Positions 1 to 15,000 of a DNA stretch of 64,000 bases are shown piece by piece; positions within the stretch are counted from its first letter, which is position 1, and every line of letters starts with the position of its first letter. Made by a program: the position numbers and the translations under genes. This DNA is from Macrostomum lignano. Its lineage: Eukaryota. Where the stretch lies: NCBI GenBank assembly GCA_002269645.1, contig NIVC01001011.1, positions 178,119 to 242,118 on the forward strand, written 5' to 3'. The notes beneath the pieces are model-generated. The model saw only the letters and a program-made list of their open reading frames with translations, was not told the origin of the DNA and searched no databases.

Positions 1-3000
1 AAACTTTGCGTAAATTGAATTTCGACTCGAACTGTGTATCTCGTAGGCCAGGTGAATAAGTAACACAGATTTGTGTGCCTCATTTTCTTTCGTTTTTCCC
101 AGTCTCTCCAGCTGCGCGTAGCACTCCTGAAATAAGTTTTCAAACTGCTTTGCGTATAAATGGACGAGCAAACTATTTTGAATAATATTAAACTAAAACA
201 GAAAGGAAACATACACGTTCGAACTAAAACTATAGAATTTCCCCATCATTAATTTACTCTTTGCCTGAAACCTCAGCGCCCGGACACCAAAATAACCTAT
301 TCGAAATGTAAATATTTCATGGTTAATAGTGCCAGAAACCCATGCTAGATCAAGCGGCAGACTTCTTAAGGCTGGGGAACAAGCCAAGGCACTTGCTTAT
401 ACATGTAGTTTAAGCCAGGTGCTTAGACAAACATGCAAAACAAAAATTCCTTAAATGTCCCGACAAACAGTCTCGCATATATAGAGACCCGGAAAGTTAT
501 TTGCCCTGACCCACGGCTTTGCTAACTAATTATTTAATCAGTCATTTAACTGATAAACTCGACCCCTTTGATTTCGTTGTGGGTCAGGCTCAGGTTAAGT
601 ATATAGCACGAAACTCTCCGGCGAAAAAGCTATCGGCAGCCGAACTGACAAGATTTCCATATTAGGTTAATATTGTGAGTATCTTGGTGCAACGCCTTAG
701 GCGACATCGTCCCTCAAGAAGCGGTGCGGCAATTCTGCCCATTCTGCCAATTCCGATAATTCCGGTAACTCTTGAGCACATACGAGTGCGCGGATACGGC
801 ATATGTATGTAGCATGCAGTTCACAATTAATAGGTGTCTGCATTCCACCAACTTACCCTTGTGCCCTTTGACATAAGCTTCAGCATGTGTTTTTCGCATT
901 CACTCAACTTCTTTTTGTTTACTTCCCCCTGAAGCCGGAAGTTAAATGTAGCGACAACGAGAGCAATGACAGCATTTGAATCTCTAACGGCAGACGGCGT
1001 CTGAAATGGTTTGTTAAAAATATACTATTAGTTTTTATATCATTATTATGTTTTAAGCGTGACGAACTTGCAAACGAAATAAAATCTCTAGTGCCTATTA
1101 ATGTGACGTAAAAGCTTAGCACATCAATGAGTAAACTATACCTCGGACTTGAATTCTCCAGTTAGGTATAAATTCCAAAGATACTGTTTCAACTCCCTGT
1201 AGGCCTCCGAGTGACTATGCAGTAAGTCGGGCGCCCACGTTCCATTGTCCATTTGGTGCAGCTCATTGTTGTAGGCCTCTGCGAGACACGGGTCGGTCTG
1301 AATGCGCTGCAGGGTGGCGCAGGTTCCACCTGCCATGCATAAGCAGCGCAAAAAGTAAATCCTAGACCACCTGTGCTCGCTTAGCGTACGAATTAGGATA
1401 GTCGCATCGTCGGTACTCAAAAGATTTCGGACCGTTCCTTCGGTTGCTAGCTCAGCTAAACGACAGGCCAACCTGAGCAGATCCACTCGCCACTCAGCCA
1501 TCGCCTGAAGCTGAGGAATTAAAACCGTCTCGACAGACTCACTATTGGGTAGCTCAACCCTAGGCATTGACAAGTTAACAACTTTATTTTTGGCTTGTTC
1601 CATGGCAACGGAATCCTCGAGGCAATTTAGTAAAATGAGTCGAAGTTCAGATCTGAAGATGAAATTGAAATGGCAAAACATTGATAGACTTAAAATTACT
1701 ACAATATAGTAGTACTGGCACTCGAAAATACAAGTATGCAGCTTACTTGCTTTCCGCACCGACTTTCTCATCGGCGCCAAGGATGTGCTCCTCTAATCGT
1801 TGAACCACCTGGTCTGAGTTGTAGCGCATTAACTGCTGCAGCACGAACGACCTAAACATTGGCGACTCATCCTTGTCGTTACTGAAGTAACCCATGACAT
1901 TCCCGTCACCACCAGAGCGGGTTACGTAGCTTAGAAGATGATTGCACAGTTCTGAATCAGGTGGCTGACCTTCAACAAAACACAACGTTGAAACAACTTC
2001 CATCACAAATGAGTTGCATCGATCTTTAAACTTCACTAGTACATCCGGCTTTTCATTGTTAATTGTATTAGGATCAAACGGAGTTTGACATTTTATGCAG
2101 ACAAACGGCGCGCTCTGGATGCACTTGTCCCTGCATTGGTCACACAGTCGATCATTGCATGGCAGGCGGGTTAGGCTGTCAGTGCGGTTTGTGCACTGTG
2201 AGCAGGTGTCTGTTCTGGAATGCAGTAAGTTTGGTTTCGAGTAAAATTTTAGCAAAAAATGGCGCAAGTTTGGGTCGTCAAAATTCTTTAAACTTTATAT
2301 ACGAAGTAACTTTATTACGAGTACTACTAAGTGAAAAATAGAACTAAACTCTGAATAGTACAACAGGTCCTTAGACCATAACACTCGCACGGCCTACTAT
2401 GGTAAAAAATTAAGCCTTACCCCATGGAAAATTCAAGCAATTCCTCTCGATTTTTCTCAAGAAACTTTTCAATTTCTTCGATTCCAGTTTTATCTTGAAA
2501 TTTCACGGCTGCAGAGGACCACAAGCTCTAAAAAGTAATCAATTTTAAGAGTTTATATTATGATACTAGAATGACATACAGTTATCAATGCGAATATTAA
2601 AAGCAACAATTTTTTAGTTTTAACCTACGTTCCATAGGCGAATGGGTTTTATCGTTGACTCATTCAGCTCTTCATTGTCGAAGGGCATCGTTACATTTCG
2701 AAGAAAGAGGGCCACGCAGTTTATCTTGTCCCATTGCAACTGCATTTGCGGATTTTCCAGCTCAGCTAGGAGTCGCACGATAATTGTCCTGGACTTGTCC
2801 ACCCTGGACAGCCACTCTTTTCTTTTTTGTGCTTTGTTCAATTCGTGACGAGATTTCTCGAAGTGTTTGGCGAATGCATTGAAAAGTTCCTAAAGCGGAA
2901 GTGAATAAAAAGATTTTGACTGCTGTTGTATTTAACTTCAATTGGTTTCTTCCGGTTTTAGTGATAGCCTAGATATTAATTAGTTCTAATAAGTTTTCTG

Positions 3001-6000
3001 GCATGTCTTGTCTTACAACAAATTAGTTCTTACCGATGGTAAGTCTTGAAAGTTCTCAACTTTTTTTAGGTTCTTGGCCAGGTCGCCAATCCGCTGCGTT
3101 AATTTCACGAATATGTTTACATGCTCAATGTGCTTTTTCAGCGATTTAAATGCCTGAAGAATCGTGTCTGCAAGAGTTTGCTCCTTACGCTGCTCTTTTA
3201 ACACACTTTTCACTGTCTCCTGCAAAACTGCTTGCAACGCGACCACATCGGAACTTGTGATTGAAGACACACAAATGTGCAGGATGTCGTGACAGAAAGC
3301 TTCAAGTAAGAAATCCGAACTCTTTTCTTCGGCCAGTGCCTGTCCCATAGGTGAATCACGGATCGACAGATTTCCAGCATTGCTTTGTTCTTCAAACTTT
3401 TCCAGCCGCTTAACTATCGCCCAAGAAAACGGAAACTGGGAAGCGAAGTGATGCCCATCCGCTGCTGAGCTCGGCACCTCCACGCGCGCCTGTTCAACTG
3501 GTCCGACTTTCACGAAGTTTTCGATTGTCTCGTCAAACATGGCAGCGTGTGGAGCCAGCTTCAGCCATAGGGCTCGGGTCTCTTCACGCTGGTAGTTGGT
3601 CAGATTCTCGTCCGTATCGGCAAAGGCTATAAAGCTGGCCAGAGCTGGTGCCGTCTTTCGTCTGAGCAGACGCCAGGTGCTCTCACTGAAGGATTGGAAG
3701 GGCTGCTTGTAATTATTTCGAGTCGTTTAAAATTTAAGGATAGCTACTTTTCTAGCTCAAAACTTTAGACCTTTCATTTTAAACCTGTGATACAGATTTG
3801 AAAAGGTTAGGTATATGTTGGATCCCTAAGGCCGGTTTACACTATCAACGGGCCAAAGAGTGCTCAAACCAATTTTAAAATGGGTTTGAGACACTTTTAC
3901 TTAGATTTGAGAAATCTTTGGCCGATGCAAAATGGGCAGACGTGCAGGCTACGAAGTTGCACTGCGTAAAGTCGACCTAAACGAATTAACACTAAAACGA
4001 TAAAAGGAGCATACAAAAAGCCTTGAACAGGAGCCCCCTAACAGCCCCTTAACAGCAGTCACGATAGCAAGTTGGACTCCGGTGGTTGGTAATGGCAATC
4101 CAATGATAAATAAAAAGAAGAGAAGGTAGAGCGAAATACACGGACGAGTTTCGCGAGGTTGATCACCAATAGTGGTAATTTCTGCGCTTTTGTTCAATTC
4201 ACAAGTCTTGAGCACGAGCCATATATTATAATCAGTAGACCGATACAGTAAGCTATAGTAAGATTCTCCAGCAAATACGAGCGTAGAATTAAGTCTAAAT
4301 GCTGATGGGTAAAAATGTAAAAATGTGGTTCAATTGGGCGTTAATCTAGATACAGGCTCGATGAAAACTTACATAAAAGTTCCAGCTTCTTTGACTTTTC
4401 TACTCGATGCAGCATCCTCGGACAGCCAATTTTCCGGCGAAATTATTGACCTAGAGTTTTCGTCCATCGTTCTTAAAGCCTTGTGCAAAAATACTCGAAC
4501 AGTTTGTAGGAAATCTTCATCTAAAAGTTAGTTTAATTGGATATGCGTGTTTTTCTTACCAAACAATTTGAGTTTATTTACTACTTCCCCATAACAAATA
4601 ACGAAAATCCATGCTCTTACCTTTAAGTGCATTAGAGACGGTCTCGTTTCTATCAGTAAGCTTGTTCCCCTTGCCTTGCTTTTCTCTTAAAATGCTTAAA
4701 GCTGGAAGAAGGGTCTTCTGAAGCAGTAGTCGCAAGTTTACCGGCGCTTTTATTCCGAGCATGAGCTCTTGACTGCCCACTGCAGGTAGTTCAGGAATTG
4801 GCCTTTCAAAGAGCTCAGGAACAGTAAGCCTATCTAGCATCGGAATGTTAATTCTGTGTGAAGAAACGAGTTCCTCGATGTGCACGCAGTGCCACAGGCC
4901 ACAATCGAGTCCATTAAAAGGGTTAGAATGCGATCGAATCAACTTTATAATAAAAACAATTTGCAACGACGTTGAATCACTGCTGGTTTTGCCTGACGTG
5001 GGTTCCATGTTTCTCTTTTCGGCTAAATACATTTCTTCGATGTTAAACTTGACACTAGACACGACCTTCTGAAAATTCTGGTTTTGCTGCAAACCTTCGT
5101 ACTGCAGTATGAGTAGACCTTCGCTGGTCATGCATTTGCGTAGAAATTCTTTGAACTGCAGTTCCGTCTCAAACTGACTGATGTTTTTATACGTGGCACC
5201 CTTGAAGATAGGCATCTGACTGAGTGTGGCCTGTTGATTCGCGCCAAGTATGCTATCGTAAGTCGTAACTTGAAGGAACGGCTTCTTTAGCTTGTAGTTA
5301 TTGAGGAAGGATGCAAGGCACCCGAGGCCATTTTCTTCATAGTAAGAATTCAGAATACCAGCCTTTTCGTCTCTCAGAGAAGTTGACGCAAGCCGTATCA
5401 GGCTATCAGGCGTGGCGGTAGACAAAACCCTGCGCTTTACGCTGTCAAAGTCACAGTTTTCGTCGATAGCCAGAGAGGGGATGACATCGTCATGGTAGCC
5501 CACAAATGACCATGACAAAGCGCTGTCTCCTTTCTCCTCCTGAGAAAGAAATCTGTTCATCCACTCTTTAAACTTTTCACAGAATCCCAGCATATCAGGC
5601 TCCAGTATTGTTCTCCACGTGAGCCGGTGCTTTTCAAGTCGATTCAGTAGCGGTATTGGAAACAGATCTTGCACTGTTTTGCCATCGGCTATGACAATTA
5701 TTCTAAAGTCTGGATGAATTTTTGACTTTAGTCGGTGCGTACCTAGTCCAATGTCAACAAAATAATCTTGACCCAGCTTTTCATAACACAGGTTCAAAAC
5801 ATCGTAAAGGGATTCATACAAATTTTCTAGGTTCATTAAAACAACTGTGCCTCCCCTTTCCATGCACTGCTTTATGCGGTTGATGTTCAAACAAATGACA
5901 GAATAATCTTGATCTTTAGGAAAGCTACTACCGAACAAAATATGCAAATCCTGCTCTGCGAGGAGACGTTTTAAAACCTTGAAGCCAGATGCGTTCTCTG

Positions 6001-9000
6001 TAATAAACAAAATATATCGTTGGTCCGGCCCAGTGGCTTTCAGGGCGTCTTTTATGACCAAATTTGAGTCGATACGAATTCTGTCTCTACGAAGGATCTC
6101 ATCGAAGAAAAACTGAGTCGGATCAAAGTCTTCCAATCCACTAAAGTTTCTTTGTAAGCAATAAGCCACATCAAAGTCTTTGAGTTCAAGCCGTGTGTCT
6201 CTGGATTTCTGAGCTAAATGTTTTACTGCACTAAAGTAGTCCCGCAATCCAAAAAACTCGCAGTTTAATCTACCTTCGTTGAAAAGCAGATGGAAAAAGT
6301 CGGTCAAATTACGCAAGTTTTTACTTGCTTGTACAATCGTATCTTTGCAAATGCCTTTTGCCGTTTTCAAGAGGTCCGTCTTCGTTGGCACATCACGCAG
6401 CACGAACAGGCCTCGGTTCATCTTTGCGGGGTCTAAAGCCCAGTTGGAGATGCCAATGAAACCAACTCTCTCATGTCCAAGACCAGGAAGGCTTGGTCCG
6501 CCATCCGAGTCCATCCGAACTCCGTCTTCGAGAAGTGAATGCAAAACCTTTAGAGACATTTGCGGTGTGTCCTCGGCAAGACCGATTTCGTCAAGTACTA
6601 CAACAGAAACGTAGTTTTCTGGATCGGATTTCTCTATTTGCATTTTTGCACTCTGCTGAAACAGCTTTTCAATTCCATCTGATGTGGACCACGGCGAGCA
6701 CTGAAATGAGAGCATGTGCGTGTCTGGGAGCTTTTTGAATGCACTTCCTCTGGAGTTCTCACCTTTCATGTTATTCTTGACTATAGTTTTTCCTAACGAC
6801 TTCGAGCTTCCCGGCTTTCCAACAACAAATAAAGGAATCCGCAGGCAGATGCACATGGTCATCATGTACACATTTTCTCTCAGCGCCTCATTGTTGGCTA
6901 CGTAGTCCGGAAGCAGATCCTTTCCATTACAAAGAAGTCGCGATTGAAATTCTGCTATAACTTCTTCGATAACATTTGGTCGGAGATGATTTTCTAGCTG
7001 TTCACTTATTGTCAGCAAGTACCTTTCTTTTTTACTGCTGGGTAGCCGACTTAAGTAGCACGAAGCTAGGGTCATGATCAAATATCGATCTGTTTTAGAG
7101 AGTGACACAGTTAGTTGGTCAGAGCACTCCTCTTCAAACAAATCTTTGGAAAGCCAGTCATATATTAAGATCACCCTCTCAACGTCTCGTAAGGAAACGA
7201 ACTTTGTCTCATCAGTGGCATTGCGCATGAATTTTTGTGACTCGCACACTGCATTTGTTAGGCGGTTTCTGTGCACTTCACTGAGTCCGTTTAGGCCAGT
7301 ATCGATCATTCTGACTACGTACTTACGCTCAGCATCTTCGGACAAATTTCCAAAATCCCAAAGGACGCTGATAAGTGAAAGCGGAAGCGGTTTGACCCGG
7401 TACACGAGGCATCGCATCGGAATGTTTCCGAATTTGTCAACGGTTTCTTCTTTCCTCACTCGATAACCCAGGCCACTGCTCTCCAACCTCTTGATTGTTT
7501 CCTCTGAGTGCTTACGATACGGATTGCAAGCTGCGACGCACCTTAAGCCGTGCTCAAAATCAATCCTTCTGCCTTTGATGCGCCCGTCCATCATGATTTC
7601 TTTGATTAGTCCGACATAGCTCGTTGTGTTGATCTCATCGAAGAAAAGCACTGTGTAAGGTGATTTGTTTCCAAGCACGGAAAAATTTTTCTCAGCTAGA
7701 ACTTCCGCTTCAGAGACTGCCTGCTCGATATCACCAGCGGTAATCCCACCATGAACTTTTAAAATCCGAATATTATCGATGTCATTTCGAAGTGGTCGCA
7801 TTATTTTCGCTAGAAAATCAACCAGCTTAGTTTTCCCACAGCCAGTTTCTCCCATAATCACAACAGGAATTTTGCATCGGAATCTCATGTAAATGGCCAG
7901 AATTTTCTTTACATTGTCCATGGTTAGCTCGTACGAAGAATCAAATTCCGGAAGCGTTTCCAGATTTTCGTTTGAGTCATTAAACCCAAAGACATTCCTA
8001 ATTCGAATGATCTTCTCGCATTGTTCAAGCTCTTCAAAATCGTCGTCTAGAGGCACTCCCTGATTGAGAAGGCTTTGCCTAAGCTGTTTCGACATGATAC
8101 CTTTTTTGAGTATTTTGCCTGTGTTTAAATCTACCAGATTACCATTGGCGTCAATTTTGAAGCCGATGAAGGTAAAACTGTCGCTGTCCTGATTAAATAG
8201 TAGCAGCGGGTGGCTCTCCTGCTCCCAATGCCGTTTGAGTTGAAAAGATTCAATCTCGCAAATAGGCTGTGAACGGCCGTCGTCGTGCCGTCTCTCGCTC
8301 TCATCGTCAATGTCAAGAGAGCGCGTTGAAAAGTCTTTTGACATTAAAAGTAAGCAGTCAACGACAAACTTGCGAAAACCGGGAAAGTACTGCTCTGCAG
8401 CAGTGCTGCAAAAATATGACGACTGAAAAGCTTTCATTTGAGCCTGCAAAAATTGTGCAAAATTATTCAAATCCGACCAGGATGGGTTATTGATTCCGCA
8501 GTTTAAGAGGAGCTGGTCAAGGATTTGTGCTACTGGGAGCTGACCACTATCTGCTTCACCACGGTTAATTCGATTTCCATCAGAGAGAAAATCAGATAAT
8601 GCACCAAACGTTTTCAGACGTTCTTTAAAAACTGGCTTCCAGATAGTTTCGGGTTCGGCCCGTTGGATTACTTCCAAAGTTTCTCTTGGTGTTAGGCACT
8701 CAACTTTGGGCAAAAACGGCAGTACATGAAAGCTGGTGTTAAACAGCGTGTTCTCAGAATGCTCTAGCAGGTACAGCTCATTCGTTTTTCGCCGCCAGAC
8801 TACTCCACGTGAATCTACAACAGCGCCAAAAAGGGCAAGCTGGGTTATGCAATAGTCGAATCCTGTTTGTACTTCCCGCGCAATATCCAAATAAAATACT
8901 GTCTTTCCATTTTTACTTTCGAGTTGAAAAACTGACAGCAATTCGTCCACGCACAGATGATCCGTGTTGCAAGCAAATACTGCTGGAACGCTTTCCTCCT

Positions 9001-12000
9001 TGCTCCAAGCGAAATGCTCGCACACCAGTGACTTTCCCATGCCAGAGCGGCTCGATGTAATCCAAAGAAAGTCGCTATTCTTTGGTTCTGCCTTCTGCAG
9101 AGTTTTTTGAGACAACTTTTTAATCTTTTCCGCATCTGGCTCCACTGGAAAGTCTTGTTCGTACGGTCTAAGATAATTGCAAAATGGAAATTGGCTCTGA
9201 TTTGCAGATGAAACAAATACGAAGAAGCGCGAGTTCACAGTTCCATCAACTGAATCAATAAGCTTACTAAACATTTCTTCAGCGACAACCGAAATTTTGT
9301 ACGTCAGTTGTTCCGCGTTTAGGATTGTGTAAACTGAGTCCCCACTGGGGTCAAGCAGAGCCCTATGGAGGAACACGGCTAGCTCTTCTTCACTTGTGCC
9401 ATCGTGGCACAGCAGGACGTCTTCAAACTGTGGAAGGCGTTTGTATGCAGTGCGAAACAGCTGCAGAGCTAAGGACAGATGATTCTTGGCTTCAAGACAG
9501 AAAGTGATGGGTGCTTTTTGGTTGAAGAGTTGCTTGAAATTTTCGTTTGCTTTTCGTGTCCGTCTTAAAGACTTTGCACTTGTAGACAATAGCTCAAGAA
9601 ATAGATTGACGTCCCCGAAGCTAAGGAAGTCTTTGTAGGACGAACGAATGTTTTGCAAATAAATCTCCCATAATTTTTTGAATGCTTCATGGGCTTTTGC
9701 ACCTCCAATATCTGCAACGTTGAGTTCTTCATCAGCAGTTTTCCAGTTATCTCTCTCCTGGGAGTCAGCGGGAGTTAGCTTATTTTTCTCCAGTTTGCTG
9801 GCCAGATCAATAGCTTTGGGCTTTAAGACATCAAGTGGCTCTTCAGGGCTTGTATATCGAAATAAAATCTTGATCGTCTTGCTAACTATATCTTCATTGT
9901 AGCCCTCGTCCTCCAGTGCTGCGCACACTTGGTCATGCTTATTTCCTTCCTGATCATCTTTATTCGAGTGAGTTCGTTTTGCCTTTTCCAGAACTGTGTT
10001 CTCCACTGTTTGGTTAAAAAGCTCTGCTGTGAAATCAGGGTGGATGTACTGAAGCAGGTCCGAAAGCTCCCTGTCAACAGTATCGACTGGATTGGCTGAC
10101 AAAAACAATGGGGCTAAACGCTTCTGTAGATATTTTATCTGCCTTAGTGAGAAGAAGTTTAAGAAGTAATACTCTCTCCTCAGTTTCCACACTTCTTCTT
10201 TCCACTGCGCGAGGCAGTCCAGAAAGCAATTTGAAATCTTTGCCAATCCATCCCGTAGATTGCAATATTTTGAAGAGATCTTTTTGTGCGGATTGCAAAA
10301 TCTAAGCTCGATAGTCACGTTGTCTTTTTGGGTTTCTTTTTGAATCTCCTGTGATAGCGGCAAAAAGACGTCAATTGCAATCTGCTCGCATAGAACACAG
10401 CAATGAACTTGAAACTGTTTATACACTTCGACAAGGCTGAATATGCTTTCAGTGAGGCCAACAAACTCGCGTAGTAAATACCTTTTTTCGAAAGTTTCGC
10501 CTGCAATAAGCATCAGCTTGGACTGCAAGTCCTTGATGTCGCTCAAGTCGTACGTTTCTGTCACCTTTCTTTCTTCGGTTTCTTCCACTTCTACATGTAG
10601 TTCGAAGTGGTCGTCTTTGTTTACCAAGCAACCGATCCTTAGTTGTCCCTTGCACGTCATTATAGCCTCGATTTTCTTTATTGTCGACTTTTCAACCGAC
10701 CCTTGGTTATCTTTAATCGCTCGAATCCAAGAAAGGCGCTCTGCTGTTTCTTTCAGATCGCTTATAATAGCAGGGTTTTCCTTCACTTTTCTCACAACAG
10801 GTGTACAGAACTCGATGAACTGCCTGATTCTCATCGTCACGCTGCCTTCCGGACCGCCTTCTTTTACACCTAACTTGTATATTATGTCATCGAAGTCGTA
10901 AACAACTCGGACAAACATTTCAATCTTCTTCTTATCGCTATCGCCAGAGTCGCCTAGGTAAATCATCGAAATATCGATAAAGGTGTTAAGATCTGCGCTT
11001 TGCATGTTGCTTCGAACCCACTCAATGAACTCGTGGCTTTCTAGAACAGCTTGGAGAGTGCTAATGAAGTTTTCATCTTGTCTGATTTCTTCCAAAGCGG
11101 AATGTTGAAAGTCAGAAAGGCTTGAATCGACAACGTCACGTACATGTTTATACTCCAACTGCGCCTTTAGTCCTTTAGCCTTTTTAAGCAGCCCTTCGTC
11201 AGCTGGAACAATGGCAACATTATATTTAGAAAACAAGTTGCCAAGCAATTCACCTATCTGAGAATAAGCCAATGCCTTGGCACTAAATTTCATTTTGCGA
11301 TCGAAGTCTGGGTCGAATGAGTCTGGAATGACGGATCTGATGCACTGAACTTCTTCATCGAACTTATCGAATCTGTCTCGATGAAGCATGTCATCGAAAA
11401 ATTCTACTGCATTTAAAATAGGAGACTTCAGTGATGCAACTTTTCTCACATCATCTTCCCAATTCTTGATCGCCTCTCGCAGGCAGATGATCAGCTCATC
11501 AGCCGTAAGTTTCTTGCCACCATTTTTTTCGAACAAATTCTTTGCTTGCTTCTTCAAAGCATTTTTTATTGTTTTTGATTTTTTAACAGCATCGAAACTA
11601 ACAGGCTGGCCACTAGCAAGTTTAGGTGACTCAAGCACTGAAAAACTGCCAGAATGAGAATGCAGCCTTTCGTTGAGATCAGAAAGCCGAACTTGTCTAT
11701 AATTTTCAACGCTCATTGAGATGTCTTCAGCTGAAATAGAGAATATGTAAGCATGCAGAAGAAATAGGCTATAAGAGTCAAAACTATTGCCATAATCAAA
11801 GCGAAATAACTCACTCCATGCCGGGTTTAGTGCAGTGGCGCAGAACTCCAGTAGTTCCCTGATGCGTGCCAACTTTTCATCGAAGTCCTGCTTTAGTGAA
11901 TGAATCAGACTTAACTGCTTTTTTATATCAAACTTCGACTCCAAGTACATGCCAACCGTTTCTAGGGCGTCCTGACACCCTTCAATGTATTCTACGTTTC

Positions 12001-15000
12001 CATAGGCTATTTCTCCAGGCGTGTCGCGCAAAGATTGCAGCAGTTGTTCCAGCTGATTGGAGCAAGAGTGAAGAATTTCAAGCGCTTGCTTTGAAAGCCT
12101 TCGATCGAGCAGGCTTTTACCTGTACGTGTAGAAAAATATCATTAGATATTATAAGTCGATCAGCGTAAAGCGTAAAATAGGCGTTAAATTTTTGACAGA
12201 AAAAATATATCAACAGACCTGGTTCTGCATATTTCAGCTCAGCTATCAAAGAACACGAGAATGGCCATTCCATTGCCATTACTAGGTCTGGACTGAGATT
12301 ATGACGACTGCTAGGGCTGGACTTGAATTTCTCGAAAGCATTCAGAACCATTTTTGATAGCAAATTGCCCAACTCATTTGTGCCGCCGATCCCGAGGGTT
12401 TGTCGAAGAACGTTGCGAAATTGTTCTGGCTGCAGATTTAAATAAAAACTTTAGTTTCGTAAAACATTCAGATTTGATTAGATAAGCGTATTTTTAGAAC
12501 TGCGAGTAGATATATGGAAATTCTAACGTACCACAATTTTTTCATAAACTTGTCTTTGAACGCTCGTTTGACTTGCTTCAAACAGCATTCTCAGGAGGAC
12601 ACTCACGAATGAAGGGTCGACATCGACCAGGGTAGAAGCACCAGAAAGAATTTCGACAAGTTTTCGCTGAAATTTAAAGTTAGAGAGTGAAAAGCAAGTA
12701 TAAATTAGTTTTGTATACATTTTCAGTGGTCAGTAGTCAGTGGAATTTCAGTCAGTAGAATCCAGTCAGGGAAATTCCAGTCAGGGAAATCCCAGTCAGG
12801 GGAATCCCAGTAAGGGGAATCCCAGTCAGGGGAATCCTAGTCAGGGGAATCCCAGTCAACAAAGTCCAAGTTAGTGAAATACAATTAAATCGATTATAGC
12901 AAGAAGAATTCCAAACAATTGTGCCACTCCCTCTCAGCATCATTCCCCACAAAATCATTCCCCGTCAACATCATTTCCCATTAGCAACACTCTCTCTCAA
13001 CATCACTCCTCGTAGTATCATTACACATCAGCACCGTTTCCTCAGCTTCACATCATTCCCATGCAGCTTCCCTCAGCCCGCTCCCGGTATAATTTGCTCA
13101 CTTGAAAACAAAGATTTTTTAAACCTTATAGAGTATTTTACCTAAAATTCAAAACCCGCCTACCTTTTCAATCCAATGCAGAACATCCTGGACAAGTTCT
13201 GATTTTTTGTAAATAATTCTGTGTTTTTTGTACCTTTGGATAGGCACTAAGTGTTAGATAAAACTCGTTGAATTTCTAAAAAGTAGAGAGCTTCAATATT
13301 GCAGCTTTGATAATACAAGGAGGACAAGTCAACTTATACCAGGTACGAGCTAGATATTTACGTTACTTAAAACTAGTAAACTAACCGGGATATACGTAGT
13401 ATAGTTCACTTCTTCGTTGAGCATACGGCCATTTACAATCCTTACAAGACTGCGAATGAATGGCAGGAAAACAGGTGTCGGAGTTCTGCACTGCCTTTGC
13501 TGCATTTCCAGATAGCAACGCAAGTGCAGGTCCAGACAGTCAAATAGGTGGTATGGCTGCGAGTCCACGTTACTTAGGTCTCTTGCCTGTACTCGTTTGA
13601 AAATCCCACTTACAGCGTCCACGCTAATCATGTAGTACTGACTGAGCTCACCATCGTTTACTTCTTTTAGTAATGCAAAGGCTGCAGTCTTCACTTTCTG
13701 AAAAATAGTGTACGATTATGTTGATTGATGTTGTTGAGTATGCATCTTGAAGTCACGTAAGGCTATACAGCCAAAGGCTAAAAATAGCTTGTTCTTGGCA
13801 TTAAAAATTAGCAATAAAGTCTTACTAAGAAAGCTGACGTATCCAAAATAACACTAGAATAGCCAAAGTTTCTGGCTAACAAAACCAACTTAGATTTTGT
13901 TCGGATGGCTTTTAGGTTGAGAAGTTCATTTGTATGCTTTTTGTGCAGCGTGGCAACGAAAAAGTTGCTTAGTCGATCGTCTAGGCGTCCGTATTTTGCT
14001 AGAAATCGATCCACTTTTTCAAAGTCAAGTCTGTAATTATGGTTGATTAAAAAGTACCGTAGCTTATACAATGCTGTATAATGTTGTAAGAAAACTCGTT
14101 TACTAGAGAAAACCAGGCAGTATAATGTATTCAACGAATTTAAGCAAAAATTAAAAATCTGCTTTATTAATGTCAGACAATTCTTCCAATAACTCACTCA
14201 TTCCGCCTAAAATATCGAATCATTTGCTCGGGTAGATCTTTTAGTCCACACCAGTCAAAAAAGCTCCTGTCTTGGTCGCATAAGTTCAACTCGTATTCTT
14301 TGTCTCCGTCGCTGTGAATAAAATAAGCTGGTAGAGCGTACAAGAGCTCGAATGCGAACTTATCTGTGCTCACAATGCACAACAGCAAATCTCGTAGGAA
14401 ATGCCTGAATCTGGAAGCAAAAGTGCGTAAAAGTTTGTGATGTCATAAGAGTAGGATCGTTTTGAAAAGCTTGACTGCTTAAATTTAAAATTCCTGCTCG
14501 ACTCTATACAACTAGACACTTTTATTTAACCTAAATAAAAAATACCTCTCAGTTTCACTATCTGTCGGCCGATAGGCCTGGAGGTGCAGAGGAGGCAGAA
14601 GACAGCGCATTAGAGAGCACGAGTCTTTCGGAAGCAAGTAGCATTCCGAACTGCTGCTATCAACAGGAAACAGGCCATGTCGAACTGCTGTGACGGTTAA
14701 CTCAAGTGCTGTTCGCCATTCGAGTAGAGACTTTTCTTCATTTTCTGACAGCCCGTACAACTTCTTATTTGCCAATGCTTTTTGGGTTACCTCCTTCACG
14801 GTCTAAAATTCAAGAAAATTCAATTTTGGTGAGGATATTTGTTATTAAAAACCACAGTATTTTAATCGAAATATGATGCGGGTAAATACGAGTATCCTGT
14901 ACGCTTAGTAATTATCGTCATAACCTTTAACTTCAGGTAATGTTAGTGCCCGCGTGGACAACAATTAAAATTTGCTCAATGTTAGGCTTCGAGATAACAA

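Noticed and set aside
3850-3925. Hairpin GGCCAAAGA...TCTTTGGCC in an RNF213-like intron, as a possible miRNA or terminator
   Set aside because: Imperfect, AT-rich and more likely a small transposon remnant; no supporting evidence.
1136-14799. Overlapping minus-strand ORFs suggesting frameshifts or a prokaryote-style operon
   Set aside because: Each junction is explained by a short GT-AG intron with matching phase, giving one spliced gene.
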